The position numbers and the translations under genes were made by a program. Positions 50,719 through 60,773 of a DNA stretch of 64,000 nt are shown piece by piece (the first letter of the stretch is position 1; every line of letters starts with the position of its first letter). The notes beneath the pieces are model-generated. The model saw nothing but the letters and a program-made list of their open reading frames with translations, made no database searches and had not been told where the DNA came from. Location: contig CAIPHT010000006.1 of assembly GCA_903864935.1 (NCBI GenBank), positions 37,129 to 101,128 on the forward strand. Direction: 5' to 3'. The stretch is from Candidatus Vogelbacteria bacterium. GTDB lineage: Bacteria; Patescibacteriota; Minisyncoccia; Phycocordibacterales; XYD1-FULL-46-19.

Positions 50719-51498
50719 ATGCAAGAAAATTTAGGCAACATAGCTCCGGCACCAGATGACAAGAAAGAGGAAAGGTTAGCCGTCGCCATTGTCCCAGTAG
50801 AAGAATTAATCCCAGACATAAAACCACAAACTAAAGCTGATAATTCATTTAGAGAACGAGAGGCAACTAATCATTTTACGGATGTTTTTAGTGACAGTCT
50901 CTTCCAATTTCAAAAAGCCTTAGGCACAAGATTAAGCTTTGAATTAACCAAGGCAGGCGATGGGGAGGGACTAAAAAATTTAGATTACGGTGAAGGTGGC
51001 TGGGGTAGGATATTTAAAGATAAAATCGTCGTAGATCTCTGTGCTGGCTGGACACCTTATGGTTACATTTTTGCAGCACTTTATGGAGCAAAGGGGTATG
51101 TTGGAGTTGATAAATATGACTCTGAAGCTTTGCTTGAGCAACTAGACGAAATAGATAAAGCGCTGAAAAAACTTAAAAATAAATCAAACGGGTATATTAA
51201 TATTTCAAAGGAACAATTAAGACCGACACCAGCAGCTATTGTAAATGAGGATGTCTTGTCTTTTCTAGAGAGGCTACCTAAAGACTCCGTAAGTTTTCTT
51301 AGTTCGGGGAACATTGGAGTTTTTACAGACTCAGACGGTAAATATGTCAGGTCGTGCAATGAGCAAATATCACGAGCATTAAACCCAAACGGAATAATTG
51401 TTGCAAATGAAAGTCTTTTTGATGGTGAGGATACTGAAAAATTAGTCAACGAAAGTGGATATTTAATAGCTCGAAAAAAGAAGAAAAACTTGTTATAA
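50719..51498 (+). CDS. Hypothetical protein with a class-I methyltransferase-like fold, inserted between scpA and scpB.
   Basis: Motif-I-like VVDLCAGWTPYG and NPNGIIV. 259 aa. AT-rich. Confidence 0.4.
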   Translation: MQENLGNIAPAPDDKKEERLAVAIVPVEELIPDIKPQTKADNSFREREATNHFTDVFSDSLFQFQKALGTRLSFELTKAGDGEGLKNLDYGEGGWGRIFKDKIVVDLCAGWTPYGYIFAALYGAKGYVGVDKYDSEALLEQLDEIDKALKKLKNKSNGYINISKEQLRPTPAAIVNEDVLSFLERLPKDSVSFLSSGNIGVFTDSDGKYVRSCNEQISRALNPNGIIVANESLFDGEDTEKLVNESGYLIARKKKKNLL

Positions 51499-51506
51499 TA
51501 AGATTA

Positions 51507-52061
51507 ATGACTCTAGAAGCAAAGATTGAGGCAGTTTTGTTCTATCGTGCCGAACCGGTCAAGAAAGCCGAGCTGGCTAAATTGCTGAATACCGACCAAG
51601 AAGCCCTCTCTGAGGCAATAAACGGCCTTAAAACAAGGCTAGAGGGCCAAGGCTTATGTTTGCTTGAATTAGGCGAGGAACTCGAATTGGGGACCGCTCC
51701 AGAGGCTTCAGAATTAATCGAGCAAATGGCTAAAGAGGAGCTCTCCAAAGAGCTCGGCAAAGCGGCTCTTGAGACCCTCACCCTTATCGCTTACCAAGGG
51801 CCAATTAGTCGTCCCGAGATTGATCAAGTACGAGGAGTGAACTCCAGTTTTATCCTACGCAATCTAATGGTCCGCGGTTTGGTCGAGAGAGTTACTGACA
51901 GCAAAGATTCGCGTCGCTTCCTCTATCAACCGACACTCGAACTCTTGCGCCACCTAGGTTTAGAAAAAATTGGGGACCTACCTGAGTATGAAATTGTTCA
52001 ACAAGAGATTAATAAATTTTTAGAGACCAACGAAGAAGAGAATGGAGGAGGAATTAACTAA
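51507..52061 (+). CDS. scpB: Segregation and condensation protein B.
   Basis: Tandem wHTH ScpB pattern (AVLFYRAEPVKKAELAKLL... and ETLTLIAYQGPISRPEIDQVRGVNSSFILRNLMVRGLVE). Confidence 0.8.
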   Translation: MTLEAKIEAVLFYRAEPVKKAELAKLLNTDQEALSEAINGLKTRLEGQGLCLLELGEELELGTAPEASELIEQMAKEELSKELGKAALETLTLIAYQGPISRPEIDQVRGVNSSFILRNLMVRGLVERVTDSKDSRRFLYQPTLELLRHLGLEKIGDLPEYEIVQQEINKFLETNEEENGGGIN

Positions 52062-52995
52062 AAAAAATCGCCATCGAGAAGTGCTCATCACCCTTCTTAT
52101 ATCCTTTTTATTTATGGGGGTTGGCTTTTTCTTAACTTACCAGACGGACCCACTTAACCTCTCAACTCAAAATGAGAAGAAGGAACGAGAGGCTGTAGCT
52201 GAGCAAGCAAGAATCAGTGGTCTCAAGCAAAACTTTTTTGGCCATCTCAAGCTCGAGGCCAAGGCTTATATCATCTATAATTCTGAAACAGGCGAAATCG
52301 TCGCGGGTCGTAATGAGAAAAAAATTTTACCTCTCGCCTCTTTAACAAAAGTAATGACTGTCCTCGCCACCAGTGAACAAATTGGCCCCAATACGAATAT
52401 AACAATTGGCAATAATATTGACGAGAATGCCACAACCCTAAGAAAAGGGGAGCGGTGGCAAATGGCTAATTTGGCCGCCTTGACCCTTGTCAGTTCCTCG
52501 AATGAGGGAGCCGAGGCTCTGGCCGAAGCAGCAGCGACAAGCAGTGCCGCCTTAGTCGAAATAATGAACCAAAAAGCAAAATCCCTTAATTTAAATTCAT
52601 TTCATTTTATCAACCCGACCGGTCTTGATGAGAACTATCTTCCGGGCGGAGTGGGCACCGCTCTTGATGTGGCCAAACTTTTCTCTTACGTTCTAAAAAA
52701 TAAGCCTGAGTTACTCTCAGCAACAAAAGAAAGTTCAGTCTCTGAGCAAGACTCTTCGGGCCTAACGCACAATGTTCTCAATACCAATACCGCTGTTAAC
52801 GAGATCCCCGGCCTCTTCGCCGGAAAGACTGGTTATACTGATCTCGCCGGAGGCAACTTGGCCGTGGCGGCAAATATCGGTCTGCATCGTCCGCTCATCT
52901 TTGTCGTTCTTGGCTCAAGCAAAGAAGGCCGTTTCTCTGATACCAAGAAATTGACTGAGGCCACTTTCAAATATTACGCCCAAATTAATAAATAA
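52042..52995 (+). CDS. Serine-type D-Ala-D-Ala carboxypeptidase (PBP5/DacA-like).
   Basis: SxxK (ASLTKVMT), SxN (SSN) and KTG (KTGYT) motifs. N-terminal TM anchor. Confidence 0.75.
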   Translation: MEEELTKKNRHREVLITLLISFLFMGVGFFLTYQTDPLNLSTQNEKKEREAVAEQARISGLKQNFFGHLKLEAKAYIIYNSETGEIVAGRNEKKILPLASLTKVMTVLATSEQIGPNTNITIGNNIDENATTLRKGERWQMANLAALTLVSSSNEGAEALAEAAATSSAALVEIMNQKAKSLNLNSFHFINPTGLDENYLPGGVGTALDVAKLFSYVLKNKPELLSATKESSVSEQDSSGLTHNVLNTNTAVNEIPGLFAGKTGYTDLAGGNLAVAANIGLHRPLIFVVLGSSKEGRFSDTKKLTEATFKYYAQINK

Positions 52996-53008
52996 TTTTT
53001 AATAAACT

Positions 53009-54073
53009 ATGTTATACCCAAGCCTTATTAAAGTTTTCCTCGCCTCGGCCGGTGCCTTCTTTATCGGGATGGCGATTACTCCGATCCTTACCAATTGGCT
53101 CTACAATAACAAAATGTGGAAGAAGAAGGCGGGCAAAATTTCGCCCGATGGTTGCGCGACCCCCATTTTTAACGAACTACACAAAGATAAGGAGGTGGGA
53201 ACTCCCCGTATGGGCGGGATTGTTATTTGGGGGAGTGTACTTCTGGTCACCATTCTTTTTTGGCTCTTAAGCCTTCTTTGGCCCGACCATAGTCGACTTA
53301 ATTTTCTCAGTCGCAATCAAACCTGGTTACCACTCTTCACCCTCCTCGTCGGAGCAATCGTCGGCTTCATTGATGATTGGCGTCAAGTTAAAGCCGAGCA
53401 AGATTGCCATAAGGCTGGCTTGCCCTTCTCTCAGCGACTCTTGGTTGTTGTTGTCCTTGGATTAATTGGCGGTTATTGGTTTTATTTCAAATTGGGAATG
53501 GTGGCCATTGCCATTCCCTTTGTCGGCAGTCTCTATCTTGGTTGGTTGATAGTCCCTCTGTTTATCTTAGTTATGATTGCCCTTTTCTCAAGCGGGGTGA
53601 TTGACGGCCTCGACGGTCTCTCCGGCGGAGTGATGGCCATTATTTTTTCGTCCTACACTATCATCGCCTTTGCCCAAGGGCAATTCGACTTAGCCGCTTT
53701 TTGTGGGGCAGTCGCCGGCGGGCTCTTGGCCTTCCTTTGGTTTAATATCCCTCCCGCTCGCTTCTATATGTCTGAGACGGGCATCTTAGGACTCACTACC
53801 GCTCTCACTGTTGTCGCTTTCCTCACCAACTCAGTCGCCACCTTACCAATTATCGCCCTGCCCCTCGTCGCCACTGTTCTCTCGGTTGTTATTCAACTCG
53901 CCTCCAAAAAATTAAGACAAGGCAAAAAGGTTTTCTTAGTCGCACCACTTCATCACCACTTCGAAGCTTTAGGTTGGCCCGCTTATAAAGTAGTTATGCG
54001 CTACTGGGTTATCGGGATTATCTTCGCCATTATTGGTCTTATTATTACACTCTTCGGAGGACCAAAATTATAA
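53009..54073 (+). CDS. mraY: Phospho-N-acetylmuramoyl-pentapeptide transferase MraY.
   Basis: 10 TM helices. DDW..., GVIDGLDGLSGG, and the PLHHHFE motif. Confidence 0.85.
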   Translation: MLYPSLIKVFLASAGAFFIGMAITPILTNWLYNNKMWKKKAGKISPDGCATPIFNELHKDKEVGTPRMGGIVIWGSVLLVTILFWLLSLLWPDHSRLNFLSRNQTWLPLFTLLVGAIVGFIDDWRQVKAEQDCHKAGLPFSQRLLVVVVLGLIGGYWFYFKLGMVAIAIPFVGSLYLGWLIVPLFILVMIALFSSGVIDGLDGLSGGVMAIIFSSYTIIAFAQGQFDLAAFCGAVAGGLLAFLWFNIPPARFYMSETGILGLTTALTVVAFLTNSVATLPIIALPLVATVLSVVIQLASKKLRQGKKVFLVAPLHHHFEALGWPAYKVVMRYWVIGIIFAIIGLIITLFGGPKL

Positions 54074-54083
54074 TTTTTTTATT

Positions 54084-54659
54084 ATGTCACCCTTTGAAGG
54101 AAGAGATAGTATCCCGCTTAGCCCAGCTGAGAGAATTAAGAACGGGCTCGAATTTCTAAAAGAAAACGAAGAAGGTTTTCAAATTAACTTGCAGAATGGC
54201 GAATTCATAATGAGTGCCGGACCAGGAAAAAGACTGCAAGAAATTCTGGGGCTAGAGGGTTATGATTTTAACACTACGGTTGCTCAATTAATCGGCGACG
54301 CCGAAGATCTTGGTTATAAAATTAAACAAGAACTAGTTGCCAAGGGGAGTATTATTTTTACTTTGACCAAAACAATTAAACCAAAAGGGGAGACAATCAT
54401 CGATAAGGGCTATAACCAAGGTTTGGAATTTTTAACAAACAATCACGACGATATTGTTATTCGTCTCGGGTTCATCCCCAAAATGGAAACGGTGGCCGCT
54501 GAAGCGTTCGAGAGATCGATCGAAGCCGGACTGGATTTCTCTGGGTCAACATTTAATTTAGTTTTATCTTCCCTCATCAAGAAATCCTCCGAACTTGGTT
54601 ATCTTGTCACCAAGACTCAAGAAGGGGGTAATGACATTATTAAGTTAACTCGTTTATAA
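54084..54659 (+). CDS. Hypothetical protein (191 aa).
   Basis: The start is placed at the ATG at 54084, after the mraY stop. Confidence 0.35.
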   Translation: MSPFEGRDSIPLSPAERIKNGLEFLKENEEGFQINLQNGEFIMSAGPGKRLQEILGLEGYDFNTTVAQLIGDAEDLGYKIKQELVAKGSIIFTLTKTIKPKGETIIDKGYNQGLEFLTNNHDDIVIRLGFIPKMETVAAEAFERSIEAGLDFSGSTFNLVLSSLIKKSSELGYLVTKTQEGGNDIIKLTRL

Positions 54660-54666
54660 TAGGGTA

Positions 54667-55764
54667 GTGAAAACAAAGAAACCAGATCGAATTTTTTTCT
54701 TCCTCACCTTGATTTTAGTCTTGGTGGGCGTCGCCATTTTTTCTTCGGCGGCCATGGGTCAAGTGGGCAAAGATAGTGCCAGCTTCACCACGATTGTGGT
54801 TAAGCAAGTGGCTATCCTCTTGGCTGGTTTGGTCTTGATGGTGATAAGTGCCAATTTACCTTACCAAAATCTTAAGAAATGGTCACCCTTTATTCTGCTT
54901 GGCGGGCTCGCCTTATCGGCCCTCGTCTTCGTCCCCGGTCTTGGCTTCATGTACAACGGCGCTACGCGTTGGATCAACGTTGGCTTTATCACTATCCAAC
55001 CAGCCGAATTCCTCAAACTCGCTTTTATTATTTTCTTGGCCGCTTGGGCCGGCGCGCGCAAAGAAAAAATTAAGAGTCTCACTGAAGGCTTCCTACCTTT
55101 CCTTATTTTCTTAGCTTTAGTCGTAGCGGTAATGTTCTTCCAAAAGGATACCGGGACTCTCATGGTCATGGTGGCCGGAGCTATCGGGATCTTTATCGCG
55201 GCAGGAGGGAGAATCTGGCACCTTCTGGCCCTAGGTTTGATTGGGGTTATTGCCTTCGGGGCCTTGGTCGTCGTGCGCCCTCACGTTCGAGACCGCGTGA
55301 CCACCTTCCTTGATCCAAGTCGTGACGAGCAAGGCTCTTCTTATCAAATTAATCAATCACTCATTGCTATCGGTTCAGGCGGTTTAATGGGACGAGGCTT
55401 CGGTCAGAGTATCCAAAAATTTAATTTCCTACCCGAGCCAATCGGTGACTCTATCTTTGCCGTAGCCAGTGAAGAGTTCGGGATTGTCGGCTCAAGTCTC
55501 CTGGTCCTTCTTTTCCTTGCCTTTGCCCTCTATGGCTATCGCTTAGCCAACAAAACGAGTGATAGTTTTGGCCGCCTCCTAACCGTTGGACTAGTCACGC
55601 TTATTGCGGCCCAAGCTTTTATTAATATCGGGGCAATGCTTGGGCTCCTCCCTCTAACCGGCGTACCCCTGCCATTTATCAGTCATGGCGGAACGGCCCT
55701 CCTCTTGGTTTTAATCGAGGTCGGTATTATACTTAGCATATCGCGCCATCATGGCGCCAAATAA
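54667..55764 (+). CDS. SEDS-family peptidoglycan glycosyltransferase (FtsW/RodA).
   Basis: 10 TM helices. Conserved SEDS motifs (GATRWI, QPAEF.K, FLPEPIGDSIFAV, HGGTALL). GTG start. Confidence 0.8.
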   Translation: MKTKKPDRIFFFLTLILVLVGVAIFSSAAMGQVGKDSASFTTIVVKQVAILLAGLVLMVISANLPYQNLKKWSPFILLGGLALSALVFVPGLGFMYNGATRWINVGFITIQPAEFLKLAFIIFLAAWAGARKEKIKSLTEGFLPFLIFLALVVAVMFFQKDTGTLMVMVAGAIGIFIAAGGRIWHLLALGLIGVIAFGALVVVRPHVRDRVTTFLDPSRDEQGSSYQINQSLIAIGSGGLMGRGFGQSIQKFNFLPEPIGDSIFAVASEEFGIVGSSLLVLLFLAFALYGYRLANKTSDSFGRLLTVGLVTLIAAQAFINIGAMLGLLPLTGVPLPFISHGGTALLLVLIEVGIILSISRHHGAK

Positions 55765-55770
55765 TTAATT

Positions 55771-56910
55771 ATGAAGATATTATTCACCGGTGGGGGGAGC
55801 GGGGGACACTTTTACCCCATTATCGCTATTGCCGAAGAGATAAGAAATTATGCCACGAGAGAACATTTGGTTCAGCCAAGTCTCTCCTTTATGTCTGACG
55901 CACCCTACAACGAGCGGGTCCTCTTCGAGAATGAAATAAAATTTATTAAAGTTCGAGCCGGCAAATTACGTCGCGACATCTCACCAATAAGCGTCATTAA
56001 GAATTTCTTTGATTTGTTCAGAACCTTGTTTGGTGTGATTGAAGCCATTTTCAAAGTTTTTAGCCTCTACCCCGATGTAGTAGTGGGCAAGGGCGGTTAT
56101 GCCAGTTTCCCTGCCTTACTCGCCGCAAGGATCTTCCGCATCCCAGTCTTTATTCATGATTCTGATTCTCACCCTGGGCTCGTCAATCGTTGGGCCGGCA
56201 AATTTGCCACTAGGGTCGCCCTGTCTTACCCTGAGGCCATAAAATTCTTCCAAGCTGATAAGGTCGCCGTGACCGGCAATCCTCTACGCCAAGAAATTAT
56301 CACACCGACTCAGAGTGGTGCTTATGAGTATCTGCGTTTAGACAAGAATCTGCCGGTCATCTTTGTCACCGGGGGATCACAAGGAGCCAGTAAAATTAAC
56401 GAGATTATTGTCGATGTTTTACCTCAATTAATTGAAAAGTATCAAATCATTCACCAAGTGGGGAAGTTGAAGTATGCCGATCTTGCCGGCCGCGCCAAGT
56501 TTGTTCTCAAGGGGAACCCCTTTGCCGATCATTACAAAATTTTTGATTATCTTGATGTCGCCGCTCTTCGCATGACCGCCGGTGTCGCCTCGCTGGTTAT
56601 CACTCGCGCTGGCTCCTCCTTATTCGAGATTGCCAATTGGGGTCTACCCTCAATCGTGATCCCTATTCCCGAAGAGATAAGTCACGACCAACGCACCAAC
56701 GCCTTCACCTATGCTCGAAGTGGGGGGGCGGTCGTCATCGAAGAAAAAAATCTCACCCCATCAATTCTCCTCTTTGAAATTGATAAAATAATGACGGACG
56801 AGAAAATGCGCGAAGACATGATTAAGGGAGCCAAGTCATTTGCCCGTCCAGATGCCGCCTTTGTTATTGCCGGCGAAATTTTAAAAATCGCTTTAAGTCA
56901 TGAAGAATAA
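55771..56910 (+). CDS. murG: Undecaprenyl-PP-MurNAc-pentapeptide UDP-GlcNAc transferase MurG.
   Basis: FTGGGSGGHFYPIIAIAEE N-terminal motif and a GT-B C-terminal domain (GGSQGA). Confidence 0.85.
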   Translation: MKILFTGGGSGGHFYPIIAIAEEIRNYATREHLVQPSLSFMSDAPYNERVLFENEIKFIKVRAGKLRRDISPISVIKNFFDLFRTLFGVIEAIFKVFSLYPDVVVGKGGYASFPALLAARIFRIPVFIHDSDSHPGLVNRWAGKFATRVALSYPEAIKFFQADKVAVTGNPLRQEIITPTQSGAYEYLRLDKNLPVIFVTGGSQGASKINEIIVDVLPQLIEKYQIIHQVGKLKYADLAGRAKFVLKGNPFADHYKIFDYLDVAALRMTAGVASLVITRAGSSLFEIANWGLPSIVIPIPEEISHDQRTNAFTYARSGGAVVIEEKNLTPSILLFEIDKIMTDEKMREDMIKGAKSFARPDAAFVIAGEILKIALSHEE

Positions 56911-58219
56911 TATCATCACCAGATTTGCTCCCAGCCCGACCGGCTTATTGCACGCGGGTAATTACCGCACAGCGGTTTTTAGCTATCTTCAAGCAAGACA
57001 AAATGGTGGCAAATTTATTTTGCGTATCGAAGATACCGACCGCGAACGCTCAAAAAAAGAATACGCCGACAATATTATTGAGAGCTTGGCTTGGCTTAAC
57101 TTAGACTATGACGAAACCTTCTATCAATCAGAACAGGCGTCTAAACATCGAGAATATTTAGAAAAACTGATTGCTGAAGGCAAGGCTTATGTTTCTCAAG
57201 AAGAGATAAAGAAAGAAGGTGATCGAGCTGAGGTCATTCGCTTCAAGAACCCCGGCAAAAAAGTTAGCTTCCGTGACTTAATCCGTGGCGAAGTGGTCAT
57301 GGATACTAGCGACTTGGGTGACTTCGTTATTGCTAAGAGTCTCGACGAGCCCGTCTTCCACCTAGCTGTCGTTGTTGATGATTATGAGATGGGTATCACT
57401 CAAGTTATTCGCGGTGAGGACCACATCTCTAATACCCCCAGACAAATTCTAATTCAAGAAGCAATTGGTGCGCCAACACCCGAGTATGCTCATTTGCCAT
57501 TAGTCCTTTCGGCTGATCGCTCTAAACTGTCAAAACGTCGTGGCGCTTTAGCAATTACAGAGTATCGCGATCGAGGCTATTTGCCTGAAGCTGTTCTCAA
57601 CTATATGGCCATGCTTGGCTGGAATCCCGGCACAGAACAAGAAATTTTTTCTAAAGAAGAACTAGTAAAAGTTTTTGATTTATCTAAAGTTCAAAAAGGG
57701 GGAGCCTTCTTTGACCAAACCAAACTTGATTGGTTCAATCGTGAATTTATAAAAAGACAAACCCAAGACAAAAAAGTAAAAGAGGTTCTTGGACGATGCC
57801 CAACCAGAGTAAAAGAATTACCTCTTTATTCTGACGACAAACTCGCTTCTATCTCCCATCTCCTAACCGAGAGGATCAATAATTATAGCGAAGTGGCCGA
57901 CATGCTTGGTCGAGGCGATTTCGATTTCTTCTTCACCACACCTCATCCTAGCCAAGAGCTCCTACGTGGCGGAACTTACTTAAGCCAAACCCTAGATATT
58001 GTTAAAAATCTTCCCGCGGATAATTTTTCTAATTCAGAGGATATTAAGAAGGCTCTCTGGGATTTTGCCACCGAGAAGGGCCGGACCGAGGTCCTCTGGC
58101 CCATGCGCGTTGCCTTAACCGGGCAAGAGAAATCTTCCGACCCCTTCACGGTGGCCGCGATTCTCGGCAAAGAAGAGACAATAAAAAGACTCACTCATGC
58201 TGAGCAAATTTTACGTTAA
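56900..58219 (+). CDS. gltX: Glutamyl-tRNA synthetase.
   Basis: RFAPSPTGLLHAGNYRTAVFSYL (HIGH region) and KLSKR (KMSKS). 439 aa. Confidence 0.9.
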   Translation: MKNNIITRFAPSPTGLLHAGNYRTAVFSYLQARQNGGKFILRIEDTDRERSKKEYADNIIESLAWLNLDYDETFYQSEQASKHREYLEKLIAEGKAYVSQEEIKKEGDRAEVIRFKNPGKKVSFRDLIRGEVVMDTSDLGDFVIAKSLDEPVFHLAVVVDDYEMGITQVIRGEDHISNTPRQILIQEAIGAPTPEYAHLPLVLSADRSKLSKRRGALAITEYRDRGYLPEAVLNYMAMLGWNPGTEQEIFSKEELVKVFDLSKVQKGGAFFDQTKLDWFNREFIKRQTQDKKVKEVLGRCPTRVKELPLYSDDKLASISHLLTERINNYSEVADMLGRGDFDFFFTTPHPSQELLRGGTYLSQTLDIVKNLPADNFSNSEDIKKALWDFATEKGRTEVLWPMRVALTGQEKSSDPFTVAAILGKEETIKRLTHAEQILR

Positions 58220-59486
58220 GTTTTTAATTTTATTTTTTACCCTAACAACTTCTTTAATAGTTGGTGGGCAGTATTTAAGCGCCGCCACAACAGAAGATCT
58301 CCAAGCGAAGATCACAACCCAACAAGCACAGATCAAGCAACTAGATATCGAGATTGCCAGTTATCAAAAACAACTCACTCAAACCGGAGCGCAAAAAGCT
58401 TCGTTGAATAAAGAACTCGCGACGCTCGAATTAACTAGGAAAAAACTCCAGGCCGATATCGCCGTTACCCAAAATAAAATTTCGATCACTAATAGTAATA
58501 TCCAAAATTTGAACCAGGGGATCAAGACCACAGCCGAGAAGATTGACGATAATCAAAAAGCTCTCGGCCTGTCTCTCCGTCTCGTTAATGAAGCTGAACA
58601 AAGCAGTCTGGTTGAAGTCATGGTAAGTGACCAAAGCACAACCGAACTCTGGGACAATCTCGCTCGCTATCAGAGTCTTGGTCAACAAGTTGATACTCTC
58701 ATCAGCACCTTAAGACAAGACAAAAAACAATTAGAGGGAACTAAGATCCAAAAAGAGGCGGAGAAAAAAACTCTGACCACTCTCCAAAGCCAATTGACCG
58801 ATCAGAAAGTAATTACCGATCAGACCAAACAAGCCAAGAATACTTTATTGGTCGAAACAAAAAACAAGGAATCAAATTATCAGACCCTCCTCGCTGACCG
58901 CTTAAAAAAGAAACAACAAGTTGAGAGCGAGATGCTCGCGGCCGAAGCGGCTCTCCATTACACCGCGACACCCGGACAATTACCTCACCCTGGCTCTGGC
59001 GTGCTCGCTTGGCCACTTGATAAAGTGGTTATTACCCAAGGTTTTGGTAATACCGATTTTGCGAAAAGTAATCAAGCGATTTATAATGGTAAAGGTCATA
59101 ATGGTATCGACTTAGGTACGCCAACCGGGACAACTCTTAAGTCGGCCGTTGATGGGGTAGTCATGGGAACAGGGGACACCGATCTCACTTGCAAGGGGGC
59201 CTCCTACGGACGTTGGATTCTAATCGGCGGAGATAATGGCCTCGCCACCCTCTTCGGCCACTTGTCAGTAATTAAGGTAACCGAGGGTCAGAGAGTAGCA
59301 ACCGGACAGATGGTGGGCTACACCGGCAGTACCGGTTATGCTACTGGTCCGCATCTCCACTTCTCAGTTGTGGCTAAAGATGCCGTCCAAGTTGGTTCAC
59401 TTAAGAGCAAGGTGGCTGGCTGTGGCACATACCGCTTGCCCTTGGCCGCCTTCAGCGCCTATCTCAACCCTTTAAATTATTTATGA
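58197..59486 (+). CDS. M23-family peptidase with an N-terminal coiled-coil (EnvC-like murein hydrolase activator).
   Basis: Signal peptide, a long coiled-coil, and an M23 domain (GIDLGTPTGT...HLHFSV). Confidence 0.75.
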   Translation: MLSKFYVKFLILFFTLTTSLIVGGQYLSAATTEDLQAKITTQQAQIKQLDIEIASYQKQLTQTGAQKASLNKELATLELTRKKLQADIAVTQNKISITNSNIQNLNQGIKTTAEKIDDNQKALGLSLRLVNEAEQSSLVEVMVSDQSTTELWDNLARYQSLGQQVDTLISTLRQDKKQLEGTKIQKEAEKKTLTTLQSQLTDQKVITDQTKQAKNTLLVETKNKESNYQTLLADRLKKKQQVESEMLAAEAALHYTATPGQLPHPGSGVLAWPLDKVVITQGFGNTDFAKSNQAIYNGKGHNGIDLGTPTGTTLKSAVDGVVMGTGDTDLTCKGASYGRWILIGGDNGLATLFGHLSVIKVTEGQRVATGQMVGYTGSTGYATGPHLHFSVVAKDAVQVGSLKSKVAGCGTYRLPLAAFSAYLNPLNYL

Positions 59487-59510
59487 TCAATAAAACTTTT
59501 TTAATAAAAT

Positions 59511-59759
59511 ATGGCAAATAACAAAGAAGCTGGTCTGGTTAAATTAATCGTCTTAATTGTCGTCGTGATCATCATCTTAAGCTATCTTGGTATCAATATT
59601 CAGAAGGTAGCTGAGTCTGATGCCGGCAAAGCCAATTTTGGCTATGTTTGGCACATTATCCAACAAATAGGGGGTTGGCTAGCTGGTTTATATCAAAAGT
59701 ATCTCGCTAATTACCTAAATCCGGCTCTCAGACGATTGCCATTTAACCTTGCAAAATAA
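59511..59759 (+). CDS. Small hypothetical membrane protein (82 aa).
   Basis: TM helices LVKLIVLIVVVIIILSYLGI and IIQQIGGWLAGLY. Confidence 0.35.
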   Translation: MANNKEAGLVKLIVLIVVVIIILSYLGINIQKVAESDAGKANFGYVWHIIQQIGGWLAGLYQKYLANYLNPALRRLPFNLAK

Positions 59760-60010
59760 GGGTTTTTTAACTAGAAGGGGAGCTAAAAAGAGGCTTTTAG
59801 GGTTGACTTTTTTAGCCTCTTATGCTATGATATAAATACCTACAGATGTCAAGAGTGACAGCGAACGCTTAATCCTTGTAGGCCGTCGAAATTAATAATA
59901 TCGGCTCCCTTAATTAGCTATTTATTATTAAAGCTGACCTCGTTTACACCAAGGCCAGAAGGTAATAGATAGTTTTAAATTGACTTATTTTACAAACCCT
60001 ACAAATAGGC

Positions 60011-60478
60011 TTGGCAAGCCTTATTATCACTGCAAGCTCCACCGGTCCCGCTCTGGCTATTAATCCGCTCGTTACGAGCAAGATAAATGGTCAAGAAGTA
60101 GCTCAGGTTGAGACTTACAGTATCGAACGTCCAACTAGTACCGCCTCAGGCGCCATCTACGACAAGATTGTCGCCTCTAGCGCCAAGTATGGCATCCACA
60201 CCGACACCGCCCTCCGTATCGCTAAGTGTGAAAGTGATTTCGCTCAATACGATAACGCTGGTGAGGTCAAGCGTGGTAAAGTGAACCCTCAAGATGTTGG
60301 AGTCTTCCAAATCAACGAGAAGTGGCACTTAGACCAAAGTCAGGCCGAGGGCCTCGACATTCATACAACCGCCGGCAATATTGAATATGCCATGCAGTTG
60401 ATGAAGAAAGAGGGTAATCGTCACTGGAATTGGAGCAAGCCATGTTGGGGCGCTGAAGGCCCCGTCAAAAAAGCCTAA
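60011..60478 (+). CDS. Lytic transglycosylase (SLT domain).
   Basis: AKCESDFAQYDNAGEVKRGKVNPQDVGVFQINEKWH contains the catalytic E-S and GxxQ motifs of family-1 SLT domains. TTG start immediately after an in-frame stop. The N-terminus looks like the end of a signal peptide, so the true start or frame upstream is uncertain. Confidence 0.5.
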   Translation: MASLIITASSTGPALAINPLVTSKINGQEVAQVETYSIERPTSTASGAIYDKIVASSAKYGIHTDTALRIAKCESDFAQYDNAGEVKRGKVNPQDVGVFQINEKWHLDQSQAEGLDIHTTAGNIEYAMQLMKKEGNRHWNWSKPCWGAEGPVKKA

Positions 60479-60485
60479 TAAAAAA

Positions 60486-60520
60486 AGAAACCCTGGGTTA
60501 AATCCTGGGGTTTCTTTTTT
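60486..60520 (+). terminator. Rho-independent terminator.
   Basis: GAAACCCTGGG-ttaaat-CCTGGGGTTTC followed by TTTTTT. Confidence 0.6.
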
Positions 60521-60593
60521 AGATTTTTATGTTATAAATATAATTAGATGAAACATGTGCCCCGTTGCTCAAACCAAGGGAGGGTTTAAACCC

Positions 60594-60773
60594 ATGAACG
60601 AGCATAACCACGTATCAGAAGACGAAATGGCTGCCCTGTGTGGCGCCACCGTCGAAGACGCAGAGGCCGAAGCCATCTGCGACAGAATCAAGGAATGCCT
60701 TGATTGTCGTCGTGCCTGGATGGCTTATGTCAGCACGCACGAATGCACAGGCACCTGCCAGTGCGCCGAATGA
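60594..60773 (+). CDS. Cys-rich 59-aa protein. Reads as either a zf-HC2-like anti-sigma zinc-finger or a RiPP-precursor-like peptide.
   Basis: SD gggaggg 8 nt before the ATG at 60594. The C-terminus ECLDCRRAWMAYVSTHECTGTCQCAE has 7 Cys and one H-x3-C-x2-C-like arrangement. GC-rich island. Confidence 0.35.
   Translation: MNEHNHVSEDEMAALCGATVEDAEAEAICDRIKECLDCRRAWMAYVSTHECTGTCQCAE

Noticed and set aside
60594-60773. Calling the Cys-rich peptide the precursor for the rSAM maturase at 40331
   Set aside because: It is 19 kb away on a different island. A better-placed 58-aa candidate lies directly upstream of the maturase. It is kept as an independent low-confidence observation.
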